A DNA stretch of 45,498 nt from NCBI GenBank assembly GCA_016693855.1, contig GCA_016693855.1_4844.1, one strand, 5' to 3'. This DNA is from a phage. Under the pieces are notes generated by a model. The model ran no database searches. It saw only the letters and a program-made list of their open reading frames with translations, and was not told the DNA's origin. A program made the position numbers and the translations under genes. Shown here in pieces: positions 11,246-19,801 of the stretch; position 1 is the first letter of the stretch; the number at the start of each line of letters is the position of its first letter.

Positions 11246-13231
11246 ATGGCTACCACACCAACTAATAAACCAATTCCATCGGAAGATCCGCGCGACCTTA
11301 AGTTTAATGCCGGTAAGATTGACGAGGTAGTGACATCTGATGCGCACTACTATACCGATCGTTTCGGTAAGCGCCGCTGGACTATCGCAGGATTTCAGTA
11401 CACCGCAGAAGAAGCTATCCGTAATTATGGCTACATTACGATGGATAGCTTCGAAGATGGTGCAATACTGACTCTTTCCAATCAGACACTTCGTTATGAA
11501 GCGAACGGGGAATATTATCGCTGGGATGGGGAGTTTCCAAAAATAGTTCCAGCTGGTTCAACTCCAGATAGCACAGGTGAGGTTAAATTAGGGGCTTGGG
11601 TTAGCGTTGGCGATGCATCATTGCTAGCAAGGCTAAAAAGCAATAGTGCTGGTGATGGTGCTTCTCTTGTTACTTTTGAAAGCGGAAATTCTGTTGAAAG
11701 TCTTTCAGATAATGATGGCGCCAAGAACATAGGCAGCGGCGAAAGGAGTTTGCTTGCACGTAACAATGATATTAAGCATTCAGGAGACTTCTCTACTCTG
11801 CAAGCTGCGGTAGATGCATCTTTACCGAAAAATGACTTACTTATTTCCCCTGGTGAATATACTGAAAAAGTTACTATTGGTAACGCACAGTTAAAAGGCG
11901 TTGGCGGGGTCACAGTACTAAAAACTCCGGCAGACTTTACAAACACTGTTCAGGTTAATTTATCGACGCCTCATTGGCAATTCCGCCATAGTAGTGGTTT
12001 TGCTATAGATGGTTCTGGGACAACCGGGAGCGCAGGCATTAGTTTTGACCCGTCAGACCAATATTCTGGCCGACATAATTTTAGTGATTTATACATCCAC
12101 AACATCAACAAGGCCATTCAGAGGCCTTCCGGGAACATCGGCAATACATGGAGAAATATTGGGGTATCTACGTGTGATTGGGGGTATTACGCGATTAGCG
12201 GCTCAGAGATGCATTGCGGTGCTGATACCCTCTACAATATCCACTTCGACGGCATCTCCACCTATGCAGTCTACCTAAACGGCACTGTCGATAACGGTGG
12301 GGTGGGCGCATGGTGGCTTAAAGACTCCATTATTGAGGCTTCCGGAGGCGGCGGGATATACTTAAAAAGCAAATCTGGTGACTGCCCTACATCTCCATGC
12401 GGGGTGTCCAATATATGGATGGAAGCGGTTGCGACATCATCGGCTGTTAATGTAGACGGTGTGGCGCAAAAACCGCGAGTTCTCAAGTTGGTAGACACCG
12501 CGATATTCTTTGCTGAGTATTCGTATCTCAACAACATAGAGTTATCCAACTCCAACTTAGTAACTTATGGTTGCCGTTTCGACAACGCTGATGGTAATCA
12601 GGATATTGTTATTGATGAGCAGAGCACTATTGTAGCCCATGACGTGTATTTAAACGGCAGTTCCGGGAAGGATGTTATTGTAGAGTCTGTTGCATCGCAA
12701 TCTGCAACGATAGCTGCCACAAACTTATCTCTGAGGGGTAACTTAACAAGAGGGAGAGTATTTAACACCCCAACAGGGAATAAATTAATGAGTATCACAT
12801 TTGACTCAGGTAGCCACGAGTTTTCTGGTAGCGCTACAGTTAGCGGCTCAACTGCATCCGACGGGCTTCACGCCGCTACATGTACAGAATTCTCCTTCCC
12901 AGGCGCTGGTTTGTTCGAGATGGTAGCTTCAAGAACGACAATAACATCAGGCAGATGGTATGTTTGGGGCGTCAACTCTCGCCTCCAATCAGGAACAGCA
13001 GATGTGAGTATAACGTCAGGTATTACTATGGGTAGTGTTTACACAAAGACAGGGGAGTGGATTAGCACTTTCGGTGTAGGAAAGGCATCTGCCACTGGCA
13101 CTGTAGCGCTATACGTTTCCACAGGAGGAAGTTCAGGAGCTACGGTCAGATTCAGTGACTTTTTCATAGCGGAATTTACTACGCAAGCGCAAGCTATGTC
13201 TTTCGCCAATTCAAGGATGTCGTTATCATAA
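11246..13231 (+). CDS. tail fiber / tailspike protein
   Basis: 661 aa, last gene of the tail module before a strong terminator; Gly/Asn/Ser-rich repetitive middle portion compatible with a beta-helix; divergent C-terminus expected for a receptor-binding protein. Confidence 0.6.
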   Translation: MATTPTNKPIPSEDPRDLKFNAGKIDEVVTSDAHYYTDRFGKRRWTIAGFQYTAEEAIRNYGYITMDSFEDGAILTLSNQTLRYEANGEYYRWDGEFPKIVPAGSTPDSTGEVKLGAWVSVGDASLLARLKSNSAGDGASLVTFESGNSVESLSDNDGAKNIGSGERSLLARNNDIKHSGDFSTLQAAVDASLPKNDLLISPGEYTEKVTIGNAQLKGVGGVTVLKTPADFTNTVQVNLSTPHWQFRHSSGFAIDGSGTTGSAGISFDPSDQYSGRHNFSDLYIHNINKAIQRPSGNIGNTWRNIGVSTCDWGYYAISGSEMHCGADTLYNIHFDGISTYAVYLNGTVDNGGVGAWWLKDSIIEASGGGGIYLKSKSGDCPTSPCGVSNIWMEAVATSSAVNVDGVAQKPRVLKLVDTAIFFAEYSYLNNIELSNSNLVTYGCRFDNADGNQDIVIDEQSTIVAHDVYLNGSSGKDVIVESVASQSATIAATNLSLRGNLTRGRVFNTPTGNKLMSITFDSGSHEFSGSATVSGSTASDGLHAATCTEFSFPGAGLFEMVASRTTITSGRWYVWGVNSRLQSGTADVSITSGITMGSVYTKTGEWISTFGVGKASATGTVALYVSTGGSSGATVRFSDFFIAEFTTQAQAMSFANSRMSLS

Positions 13232-13264
13232 AAACAACCCCGCTTCGGCGGGGTTTGTTTTATC
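13232..13264. terminator. bidirectional intrinsic terminator
   Basis: aaaacAACCCCGCttcgGCGGGGTTtgtttt between the convergent tail fiber (+) and ssb (-) genes. Confidence 0.85.
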
Positions 13265-13265
13265 A

Positions 13266-13769
13266 TTAGAACGGGATGTTGTCATCGAAGTCCATAGGCT
13301 GCTCATTACCTCCTTGTGGGATTTGTTGTTTTTGTTGCTGCTGTTGTTGCGGATTTGTTCCCCATCCGCCTTGAGGTTGCTGGCCTGATTGCTGGCGTGG
13401 TTGCTGACCAGAATCTTCGCGCTTACCTCCAAGCATCTGCATAACGCCGCCAATCTGTGGAATAACAATCTCCGTGGTATATCTGTCTACGCCGTTGCTG
13501 TCAGACCATTTACGAGTGCGAAGCTGTCCTTCGATATAAACCTGAGAACCTTTGCGAAGATATTCTCCTGCAACTTCCGCAAGTTTCCCGAAGATTACTA
13601 TGCGATGCCATTCAGTCTGCTCTTTCTTTTCTCCTGTCTGCTTATCTTTCCACTGCTCAGATGTTGCAACAGAAAGGTTGGCAATTGCAGAGCCTGATGC
13701 TGAATATTTAACTTCAGGGTCGTTTCCGAGGGTGCCGACAATAATTACTTTATTTACGCCGCGTGCCAT
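13266..13769 (-). CDS. ssb: single-stranded DNA-binding protein
   Basis: 167 aa; N-terminal OB-fold sequence [20 protein letters not shown]…, Gly/Gln/Pro-rich linker and acidic C-terminal tail …MDFDDNIPF, all hallmarks of bacterial/phage SSB. Confidence 0.95.
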   Translation of the reverse strand: MARGVNKVIIVGTLGNDPEVKYSASGSAIANLSVATSEQWKDKQTGEKKEQTEWHRIVIFGKLAEVAGEYLRKGSQVYIEGQLRTRKWSDSNGVDRYTTEIVIPQIGGVMQMLGGKREDSGQQPRQQSGQQPQGGWGTNPQQQQQQKQQIPQGGNEQPMDFDDNIPF

Positions 13770-13772
13770 TTA

Positions 13773-14432
13773 TTAAAATCCTTCAATTGGAGTTGGTTTG
13801 TGTTCGGTTTTTTCTTCCTGCGGTTCTGGCTGTTGATGTTGAGGCTTAGCCAGTTTTGCAGGGTTAAATGATTCGCCTGATACCATGAATTTAGCCTTCA
13901 TTTCTTGATAAGCGCCAACAATAACGCGAGTTGCTGCATCATCACCACGGAACGCCTTGTATTCCTCGCCATAGATTACAGCCAACTCTTCCATGCTGGA
14001 TGCGTTGCGAATCAATGCTACTGCGTCTTTTGGTGATTTGCGCGCAGCATTGCCATCATCATCAGCCTGAGCAATACCAAACATTGCCGCGATGGAATAT
14101 CTGCGTGCATACGTCATTGCGGAGCCATACCCTTGCGCATCCTTCTTAGCTACTGGCATTGGCATCACGGATGACATGTATTCACCAGACTCATGCATTA
14201 TCGTTGTTTCAAGTTTAAGCACATCCATTGAATCGCCATCAATGGCATTCTGGATGATTATAAGACCGTTAGCCTCAAGCGCTGGGCGTATTGCATCGAG
14301 GAATGACTCAAGGTTTGCGTAATTGCTTTTCAGGTGTGGGTTTTTGGCGTTTTTCTTTGCACCACTACTCATCACCTTGCGAGCCTCAACCAGCGCCTTA
14401 ATCAGGTTAGCTTTCTGTTCCGAGAAAATCAT
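13773..14432 (-). CDS. erf: ERF-family single-strand annealing protein
   Basis: 219 aa; conserved segment …YGSAMTYARRYSIAAMFGIAQADDDG… matches the signature region of P22 Erf-type recombinases as I recall it; adjacent to ssb and a nuclease. Confidence 0.8.
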   Translation of the reverse strand: MIFSEQKANLIKALVEARKVMSSGAKKNAKNPHLKSNYANLESFLDAIRPALEANGLIIIQNAIDGDSMDVLKLETTIMHESGEYMSSVMPMPVAKKDAQGYGSAMTYARRYSIAAMFGIAQADDDGNAARKSPKDAVALIRNASSMEELAVIYGEEYKAFRGDDAATRVIVGAYQEMKAKFMVSGESFNPAKLAKPQHQQPEPQEEKTEHKPTPIEGF

Positions 14433-14448
14433 TTCATCACCTCACTAA

Positions 14449-15387
14449 TTATAAATTAAACTGTTTCTTGAACCATTCAGGCGTTTCCATTTCGATTACG
14501 GGATTACCCATTGAATAACCCGGCCATGAATTGGCTTTTTTGCATGCCTTGTAAATTTCCATTGCGCCATTCAACTGAATGCGACCGATGCGTAATTGCT
14601 CTTCAGTCAGGCGAATTAACGCAGTGATAAACGGCGCTTTCTTTTCCTGTACGAGAAGATTCACAGACCGTGGAGCGTGACCGTATGCCGCAACAAACAT
14701 ATCGTGTTGCATAGCCATTTTCATGAAGTACCCAAGCCGCGCAGCATGACGGAAAAACTCTTCAGGCTTGGCGCTTACCGCCGTCTTGTAGTCAATGATG
14801 TCGCCACCTTTTGTCAGGCAATCAAAACGAACCTTTGCTTTTTCTCCGTTAAGTTCACCGAGAATTGACACTTCAGCATAAGCGCCAGCAAGAAGGCTGC
14901 TGTAATAGCTGTTTGCGTGGATTACAGCACGCATTTGCTGAATGGCATCATAATCACCACCTTCCAGCATTTGCTTTCCCGCTGCGGCTTTTTCAGCTTC
15001 TTCACGGATAACATCGTAAATCTTCACTGGCTCGCCAGTTGCACGAATTATTTTGATCACATCAGCTTTCGACTTTCCTGAAAGTCCTTTAATCCCGCGC
15101 TCTTTCGCCCATGAGTTCATGTCACTTACAGTAACAAGCAGATCATCACCAAAATCTTCTTTTGTCGGCATCCGTGCATATTCTGCATCGAAACGCTCAG
15201 GTTCAAGCAGTGCTGTGTGGCTTCCTGTTCCGAAGATAAGTGCTTTTGACTGCTCATCTTCTTCATCTTTGTAGCGCCATGCTGCTGGGCATCTGTCAAG
15301 TATATTCCATAATCCAGAACCATTAATGTGCTCTGTGTCAGCATGATAATCCTGATTGCTTAATTCATTATTGAAATAGACTTTCAT
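14449..15387 (-). CDS. PD-(D/E)xK family nuclease (putative recombination exonuclease)
   Basis: Motif …GGDIIDYKTA… (D-x-hhDhK) typical of PD-(D/E)xK/RecB-like nucleases; located next to Erf. Start taken as ATG at 15387 preceded by GTGAGG RBS (track start 15399 is a GTG). Confidence 0.6.
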   Translation of the reverse strand: MKVYFNNELSNQDYHADTEHINGSGLWNILDRCPAAWRYKDEEDEQSKALIFGTGSHTALLEPERFDAEYARMPTKEDFGDDLLVTVSDMNSWAKERGIKGLSGKSKADVIKIIRATGEPVKIYDVIREEAEKAAAGKQMLEGGDYDAIQQMRAVIHANSYYSSLLAGAYAEVSILGELNGEKAKVRFDCLTKGGDIIDYKTAVSAKPEEFFRHAARLGYFMKMAMQHDMFVAAYGHAPRSVNLLVQEKKAPFITALIRLTEEQLRIGRIQLNGAMEIYKACKKANSWPGYSMGNPVIEMETPEWFKKQFNL

Positions 15388-15416
15388 TGTTAACCTCACT
15401 CATCATCACGTAAATG

Positions 15417-15428
15417 AATCTACATCAA
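15417..15428 (-). promoter_or_regulatory. TTGATGTAGATT motif copy (minus-strand orientation) upstream of nuclease gene
   Basis: Plus strand reads AATCTACATCAA at 15417-15428; same motif as at seven other intergenic sites. Confidence 0.4.
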
Positions 15429-15850
15429 CCCAAATCAAAAGGCAAGCCAAAATAGAAAAGTGTGGCTTTTTTTAGTTCGTCAAGACCGTAAGCGATGGCA
15501 GCATAATGACCAAGCCTGCACATCTCAGTTAACACAGCGGATTGCTCTTTGCTAACCCTGCTTTTGCTTTTATCGCGGCGCTTTGCTTCAATCATCCCGC
15601 AACTGTGATTTACTCCCGGCGTCATTATCACATTGTCGCCTATTCCAGTCTTAACCCCCATTTTCTGGCGCTTCAGCACAAACTGCACCCTGCTTGATGT
15701 GCCAGTTTCGTTGGGTACATGAAACCACAGAACATCAGGGAAGCGGTGTTGCATCCATGTACCGTAACCCATCTGATCAGTCTCCTCTTTCGGGCATTCT
15801 CCGCGATAACCGCTATCAAATACCCATATGCCGCTATCAAGCTGCTTCAC
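15425..15850 (-). CDS. VRR-NUC domain nuclease
   Basis: 141 aa; …GIGDNVIMTPGVNHSCGMIEAKRRDKSKSRVSKEQ… fits the VRR-NUC (PD-(D/E)xK) pattern of a hydrophobic strand-Asp followed by ExK and a downstream Q. Confidence 0.65.
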   Translation of the reverse strand: MKQLDSGIWVFDSGYRGECPKEETDQMGYGTWMQHRFPDVLWFHVPNETGTSSRVQFVLKRQKMGVKTGIGDNVIMTPGVNHSCGMIEAKRRDKSKSRVSKEQSAVLTEMCRLGHYAAIAYGLDELKKATLFYFGLPFDLG

Positions 15851-17771
15851 TTTGTTCTCCTGTAAAATCTTTTCTGTGGATTATGTCACGGCCTTTATCG
15901 TTGATACGATGCGTGATGCGTTTTGGCGCCTTAATCAATCCCGCATACATCATGAATTGCTTGGCGTTCTGGCATTTCAGGATTTTCCCGGCCATTGACT
16001 TATCATCAAGGTGAGGAAAGATAGCCTTCGCCTTAAACATGTTTTTCATGTGAGTTGCGCCGCCATAAGGGTAGAAAACCTCATTAGCCCATCCTTCTTT
16101 GCCATCACAACGATTAATCCAGTATCGATACAAAACCCCTTCCCCGTCCTTCGTTAACTGAACCTTGAAATCCATAACATCAGCCCACTCATTATCGGTA
16201 TACGCACGCTCATTAAGCGCCGCATTAGGGTCACGCAAAACATGATCGCAATGTCGGCAATAACGCGCAGTAGGGTCGTTTTTAGTACCACATCCATCAT
16301 CAAAAATACGTATTCCATGCTTATCGAAACCGCAACGGATGTAACTGAAAAACTCCTCGCAGCGACCATCTGGAGATACCGGGTCTTTCCCTATGCATCG
16401 ACGCGCATATGGGCTGTTCATTGTTCCACATTTTGGACACGGAACCTGTTCGCCACTGCGTTTTGAACGTTGCGCTTCAGCCTCTTCCAGAATTGGGTCT
16501 TCATACAGCTGACCAAGCTCAAACATCGTGCCTGAGAAATCCAGAACAAGATGGTCTTCTTTATGATACCCTGCATCAATTTGCTCTTTCTTCAGCAGGC
16601 GCATCCCGCGACCAAGCAACTGAACAAGAAGGGTGAGCGACATTATTTTTCTTAATATCACGCTTGTATCCCAAAGCGGGATGTTGACTCCTGTCGTAAG
16701 CGCGGCTATCTGGAATGTGTATTTTATTTTTCCAGTGTATGCATCCTTTAGTGCCTTACGTCTTGCTTTTTTCCCCATATCTTCAGTGACAATGGCGTAG
16801 CTTCCTTCTGGCAGATATTTAGCAGCTTCTAAACAATGCTTCTTGCCTGCACAGGTAATTAACACTCCATTTCTATCTTTTGTAAGCTCCATCACTTTAA
16901 GCATGATTTTCTGTGTGAGAGTGCCTTGTTCAAGTATTTCTTCCTGCATCTGCTTAAGTTGTTCAGCAGTGAAATCCTGCGTTCCGTCAACATCAGAGCC
17001 ATGAAATGATGAAAGGTCGTATTGCAAATCATCAACATCATGAAGTCCAAAGATTGTTGGAACAACAAATCCGCGATCTACCATGTACTTTGTGTCAATG
17101 TTTATTATTTCATTCTTCCAATACGCACCTTTCATTGACTCGGTGCCACGGAAAGGGCTTCCAGTGAATCCGATAGTTATCATGTCATGTCCATACTTTG
17201 CCTTACAGCGCCGATTTAACTCGGTCAGTATAACGCCATACTGTGTTGTTGGTTCACCACCGACAATGTCCTGCCACGGTACTTGGTGCCCTTCATCGCA
17301 AAGGCAAAATCTTGGGGTGAAATCACTCAACCCACCTTTCTTAACGTCACCATTTGATTCATCTTTTTTATCAAAAAGTGCGTTCACGATTGTTCCTTCA
17401 GTGCCGCATATAATAGGATATGCTGTGCTTTTCCTGCCAAGAGATGCACTATAAAGAGAGTTTTTTACACCGCACTCCCACATCATTTCAGCATTCTGCT
17501 CGGCTATTTCCCCCTGCCTTGAAATTACAAGACCATCCCACCACATATCCTGAAATCTACTGCAAAGCATTGAAATCATCACCGTCTTCCCTGATGAAAC
17601 CGACGCTGTAACATAGCTTGGTTCAGGTTTCTTGCCAAAATTACGAATAACCTCAGCGCACTTTGCGTAAACAAGCCATTGGTAATCATATGGCTCTATG
17701 GAGCCTAGTTTTATTGATTTCTTTAATTTATCTATATCAATCTCTGAAATCATCTTGTCTATTTTATGCAT
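15837..17771 (-). CDS. SF2 DNA helicase with C-terminal zinc-ribbon region
   Basis: 644 aa; Walker A-like …ASVSSGKTV…, DExH-like …LCDEGHQ…, and C-terminal Cys clusters CPKCG…C and CRHCDH. Confidence 0.8.
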   Translation of the reverse strand: MHKIDKMISEIDIDKLKKSIKLGSIEPYDYQWLVYAKCAEVIRNFGKKPEPSYVTASVSSGKTVMISMLCSRFQDMWWDGLVISRQGEIAEQNAEMMWECGVKNSLYSASLGRKSTAYPIICGTEGTIVNALFDKKDESNGDVKKGGLSDFTPRFCLCDEGHQVPWQDIVGGEPTTQYGVILTELNRRCKAKYGHDMITIGFTGSPFRGTESMKGAYWKNEIINIDTKYMVDRGFVVPTIFGLHDVDDLQYDLSSFHGSDVDGTQDFTAEQLKQMQEEILEQGTLTQKIMLKVMELTKDRNGVLITCAGKKHCLEAAKYLPEGSYAIVTEDMGKKARRKALKDAYTGKIKYTFQIAALTTGVNIPLWDTSVILRKIMSLTLLVQLLGRGMRLLKKEQIDAGYHKEDHLVLDFSGTMFELGQLYEDPILEEAEAQRSKRSGEQVPCPKCGTMNSPYARRCIGKDPVSPDGRCEEFFSYIRCGFDKHGIRIFDDGCGTKNDPTARYCRHCDHVLRDPNAALNERAYTDNEWADVMDFKVQLTKDGEGVLYRYWINRCDGKEGWANEVFYPYGGATHMKNMFKAKAIFPHLDDKSMAGKILKCQNAKQFMMYAGLIKAPKRITHRINDKGRDIIHRKDFTGEQSEAA

Positions 17772-18292
17772 TATTTTACCCTACCAAATTCACCATGATA
17801 CTTTTTTGATGCTTCTGCATAAACCTTTGCTGCTTCTTCTTTTGTATCATATCTTCCTAGCCATATTTTTTTATTATTTACATGTATAGAGCAAGTCCAT
17901 TTTTTTGTTTGCTTGCAAAAACCAACACCCTTTACACCAGAGGTGTTATGGCTTGGAATCCTCATGTTTCTTAAGTTTCCATTAAAGTTTGTTTCTCTTA
18001 GGTTTTCTATCCTGTTATTCAATCTATTTCCATCTTTATGGTCTATTATTAACTCAGGCCAATAACCATGCACTAAAGCCCATATTATTCTGTGAACCTT
18101 TATATCAACACCTAAAAAACCAACCTGAAGATATCCACTTACAGTCTTCGAACCTGCAATAGCGCCACGTTTAACCCTGTTTGTTGTTGTTCTTTTCCAT
18201 ATGAGATTTATTCCGTCATATGAAAAATACTCCCGCAACGTAGATACTGGTATTGACTTCTCTTTTAACTTCATTAATTCGAAATCATTCAC
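17771..18292 (-). CDS. HNH homing endonuclease with AP2-like DNA-binding domain
   Basis: …HRIIWALVHGYWPELIIDHKDGNRLNNRIENLRE… HNH motif followed by …SGVKGVGFCKQTKKWTCSI…LGRYDTKEEAAKVY… AP2-type domain; free-standing, immediately upstream of the helicase. Confidence 0.85.
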   Translation of the reverse strand: MNDFELMKLKEKSIPVSTLREYFSYDGINLIWKRTTTNRVKRGAIAGSKTVSGYLQVGFLGVDIKVHRIIWALVHGYWPELIIDHKDGNRLNNRIENLRETNFNGNLRNMRIPSHNTSGVKGVGFCKQTKKWTCSIHVNNKKIWLGRYDTKEEAAKVYAEASKKYHGEFGRVK

Positions 18293-18354
18293 TTTACGTT
18301 ACCCTCATTCAGTGTTACGCTTAAAGCATACAAACAGTAACAGATGGAGTCAAC

Positions 18355-19305
18355 ATGTTTTATTGGGAAGAGATACAACAAAAGATGATTGGGAATTGGG
18401 AGGCAGCACTATTGTCAATAGTCAACATAGATAGGAAAATTTTTTCTGGAAAACATCAACCATGCCCTCATTGCATGGGTGTTGACCGGTTTCGTTGGGA
18501 TAATCACTTCGAAACAAAAGGAGACGGCGGCGCAATCTGCAATCAGTGCGGTTCCGGCAGCGGCATGAACTGGCTGATGAAACTTTCAGGCATGAACTTC
18601 CCAGAAGCGCTGGAGGCGCTGGGGGGATTCCTGAATATGCACCCGCGTGAAAAGCTGGAGGCAATCAGGAAGGAGTTACCGAAGATAAATCATAATGACG
18701 ACTTCATCACCGAGCAGGAAGTCGCCGCAATCATGGCTAAAACGACGCGTGTCGCGATGAATGAGTGGACGTTGATAAATGGTATTGGTTGCGACATTAA
18801 CGTCGTCAGAGGTAAATCTGGAAGGCTTATTGCGGTTGAGATGATGCGTGCTGACACAATGAAACCGTGCAACGTGGCATTCATTGGCATGGATGGGGAT
18901 GCATTCAGAACATTCTACAAAGCGGGATACAACAAAGACTCAGCAATAAGCGGAAAACTCACGCGCGGCGCGATAAGCCCAATCGGAGAAGATAACGGGA
19001 AGTTCATTTACCTTGTATCTGATTATGCCGACGCGTGGAAATGCCATTACTTCACTGGCGCGCATGTCTGGTGCTGCTGGTCGCCGGAAAACATGTGGGA
19101 AGTAGTGCGTTCTGTCAGCGATGAGACTAAAGCACGGTTACGCTGCATAGTTAATTATAAATTTGACGAACTTTGCGCTGCGGAAAATGCAGGGCTTCCG
19201 GTGATGCTTCCTGATGATGCGGACACGATAAGAATGGCAAAGAGAATCAGGAGAAAGATTTATGACGCTGGCGAGTTGATAGAAAAAATGTCAGTAAGCA
19301 GATAA
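18355..19305 (+). CDS. DNA primase (zinc-binding domain + Toprim-like)
   Basis: N-terminal …CPHCMGVDRFRWDNHFETKGDGGAICNQCG… resembles the zinc-binding domain of P4-alpha/T7-type primases (recalled, not searched); ~316 aa; encoded opposite to the surrounding replication genes. Confidence 0.65.
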   Translation: MFYWEEIQQKMIGNWEAALLSIVNIDRKIFSGKHQPCPHCMGVDRFRWDNHFETKGDGGAICNQCGSGSGMNWLMKLSGMNFPEALEALGGFLNMHPREKLEAIRKELPKINHNDDFITEQEVAAIMAKTTRVAMNEWTLINGIGCDINVVRGKSGRLIAVEMMRADTMKPCNVAFIGMDGDAFRTFYKAGYNKDSAISGKLTRGAISPIGEDNGKFIYLVSDYADAWKCHYFTGAHVWCCWSPENMWEVVRSVSDETKARLRCIVNYKFDELCAAENAGLPVMLPDDADTIRMAKRIRRKIYDAGELIEKMSVSR

Positions 19306-19336
19306 AAGAAACCCTCCGACTGGAGGGTTTTTGTTA
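19306..19336. terminator. bidirectional intrinsic terminator
   Basis: aaagaAACCCTCCgactGGAGGGTTtttgtt between convergent primase (+) and 19337-19801 (-). Confidence 0.85.
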
Positions 19337-19801
19337 TTATGGGACGAGTCCGAGCCTTTTTCTTTCTTCGTAAAGAGCATACTCTGGATTGCCGGTTTTC
19401 TTATAAAGAATCTCCTTCAGCCTCAAAATCTCTTTCGTCGTTGCTGCCGCACCTATAACCATCGTCTCTCCGAACAAGTCAGAATAACTCAATGACTCAA
19501 GCTTCACCATGTCGTTGAAGTAGTCATCTTTTCTCGTCGCATGAAGCGACATCAGATATGGTTTATTTCTCTTATTCTTCACCCAATACACACGGTTAAC
19601 GCCATCAAGATAACCGCAACTCATTGAGCGAGCCACAAACTCTCGTGATAGGCCAAGTGCAAACTCGCCAATATCGACGCCAATTTGTTCAGCCATTCTT
19701 TTGCACTGTGTATTGCCAATTACAAATTTCTCAAGCTGAACCCTTGTGAATGTTGCATTTCCTTCACAGAATTTAAATATTGATGTTTTCATATTTATCA
19801 C
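19337..19801 (-). CDS. hypothetical protein (coupled to upstream P-loop protein gene)
   Basis: 154 aa; start overlaps the stop of the 523-aa gene (ATGA), suggesting translational coupling; no recognisable motif. Confidence 0.5.
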   Translation of the reverse strand: MINMKTSIFKFCEGNATFTRVQLEKFVIGNTQCKRMAEQIGVDIGEFALGLSREFVARSMSCGYLDGVNRVYWVKNKRNKPYLMSLHATRKDDYFNDMVKLESLSYSDLFGETMVIGAAATTKEILRLKEILYKKTGNPEYALYEERKRLGLVP

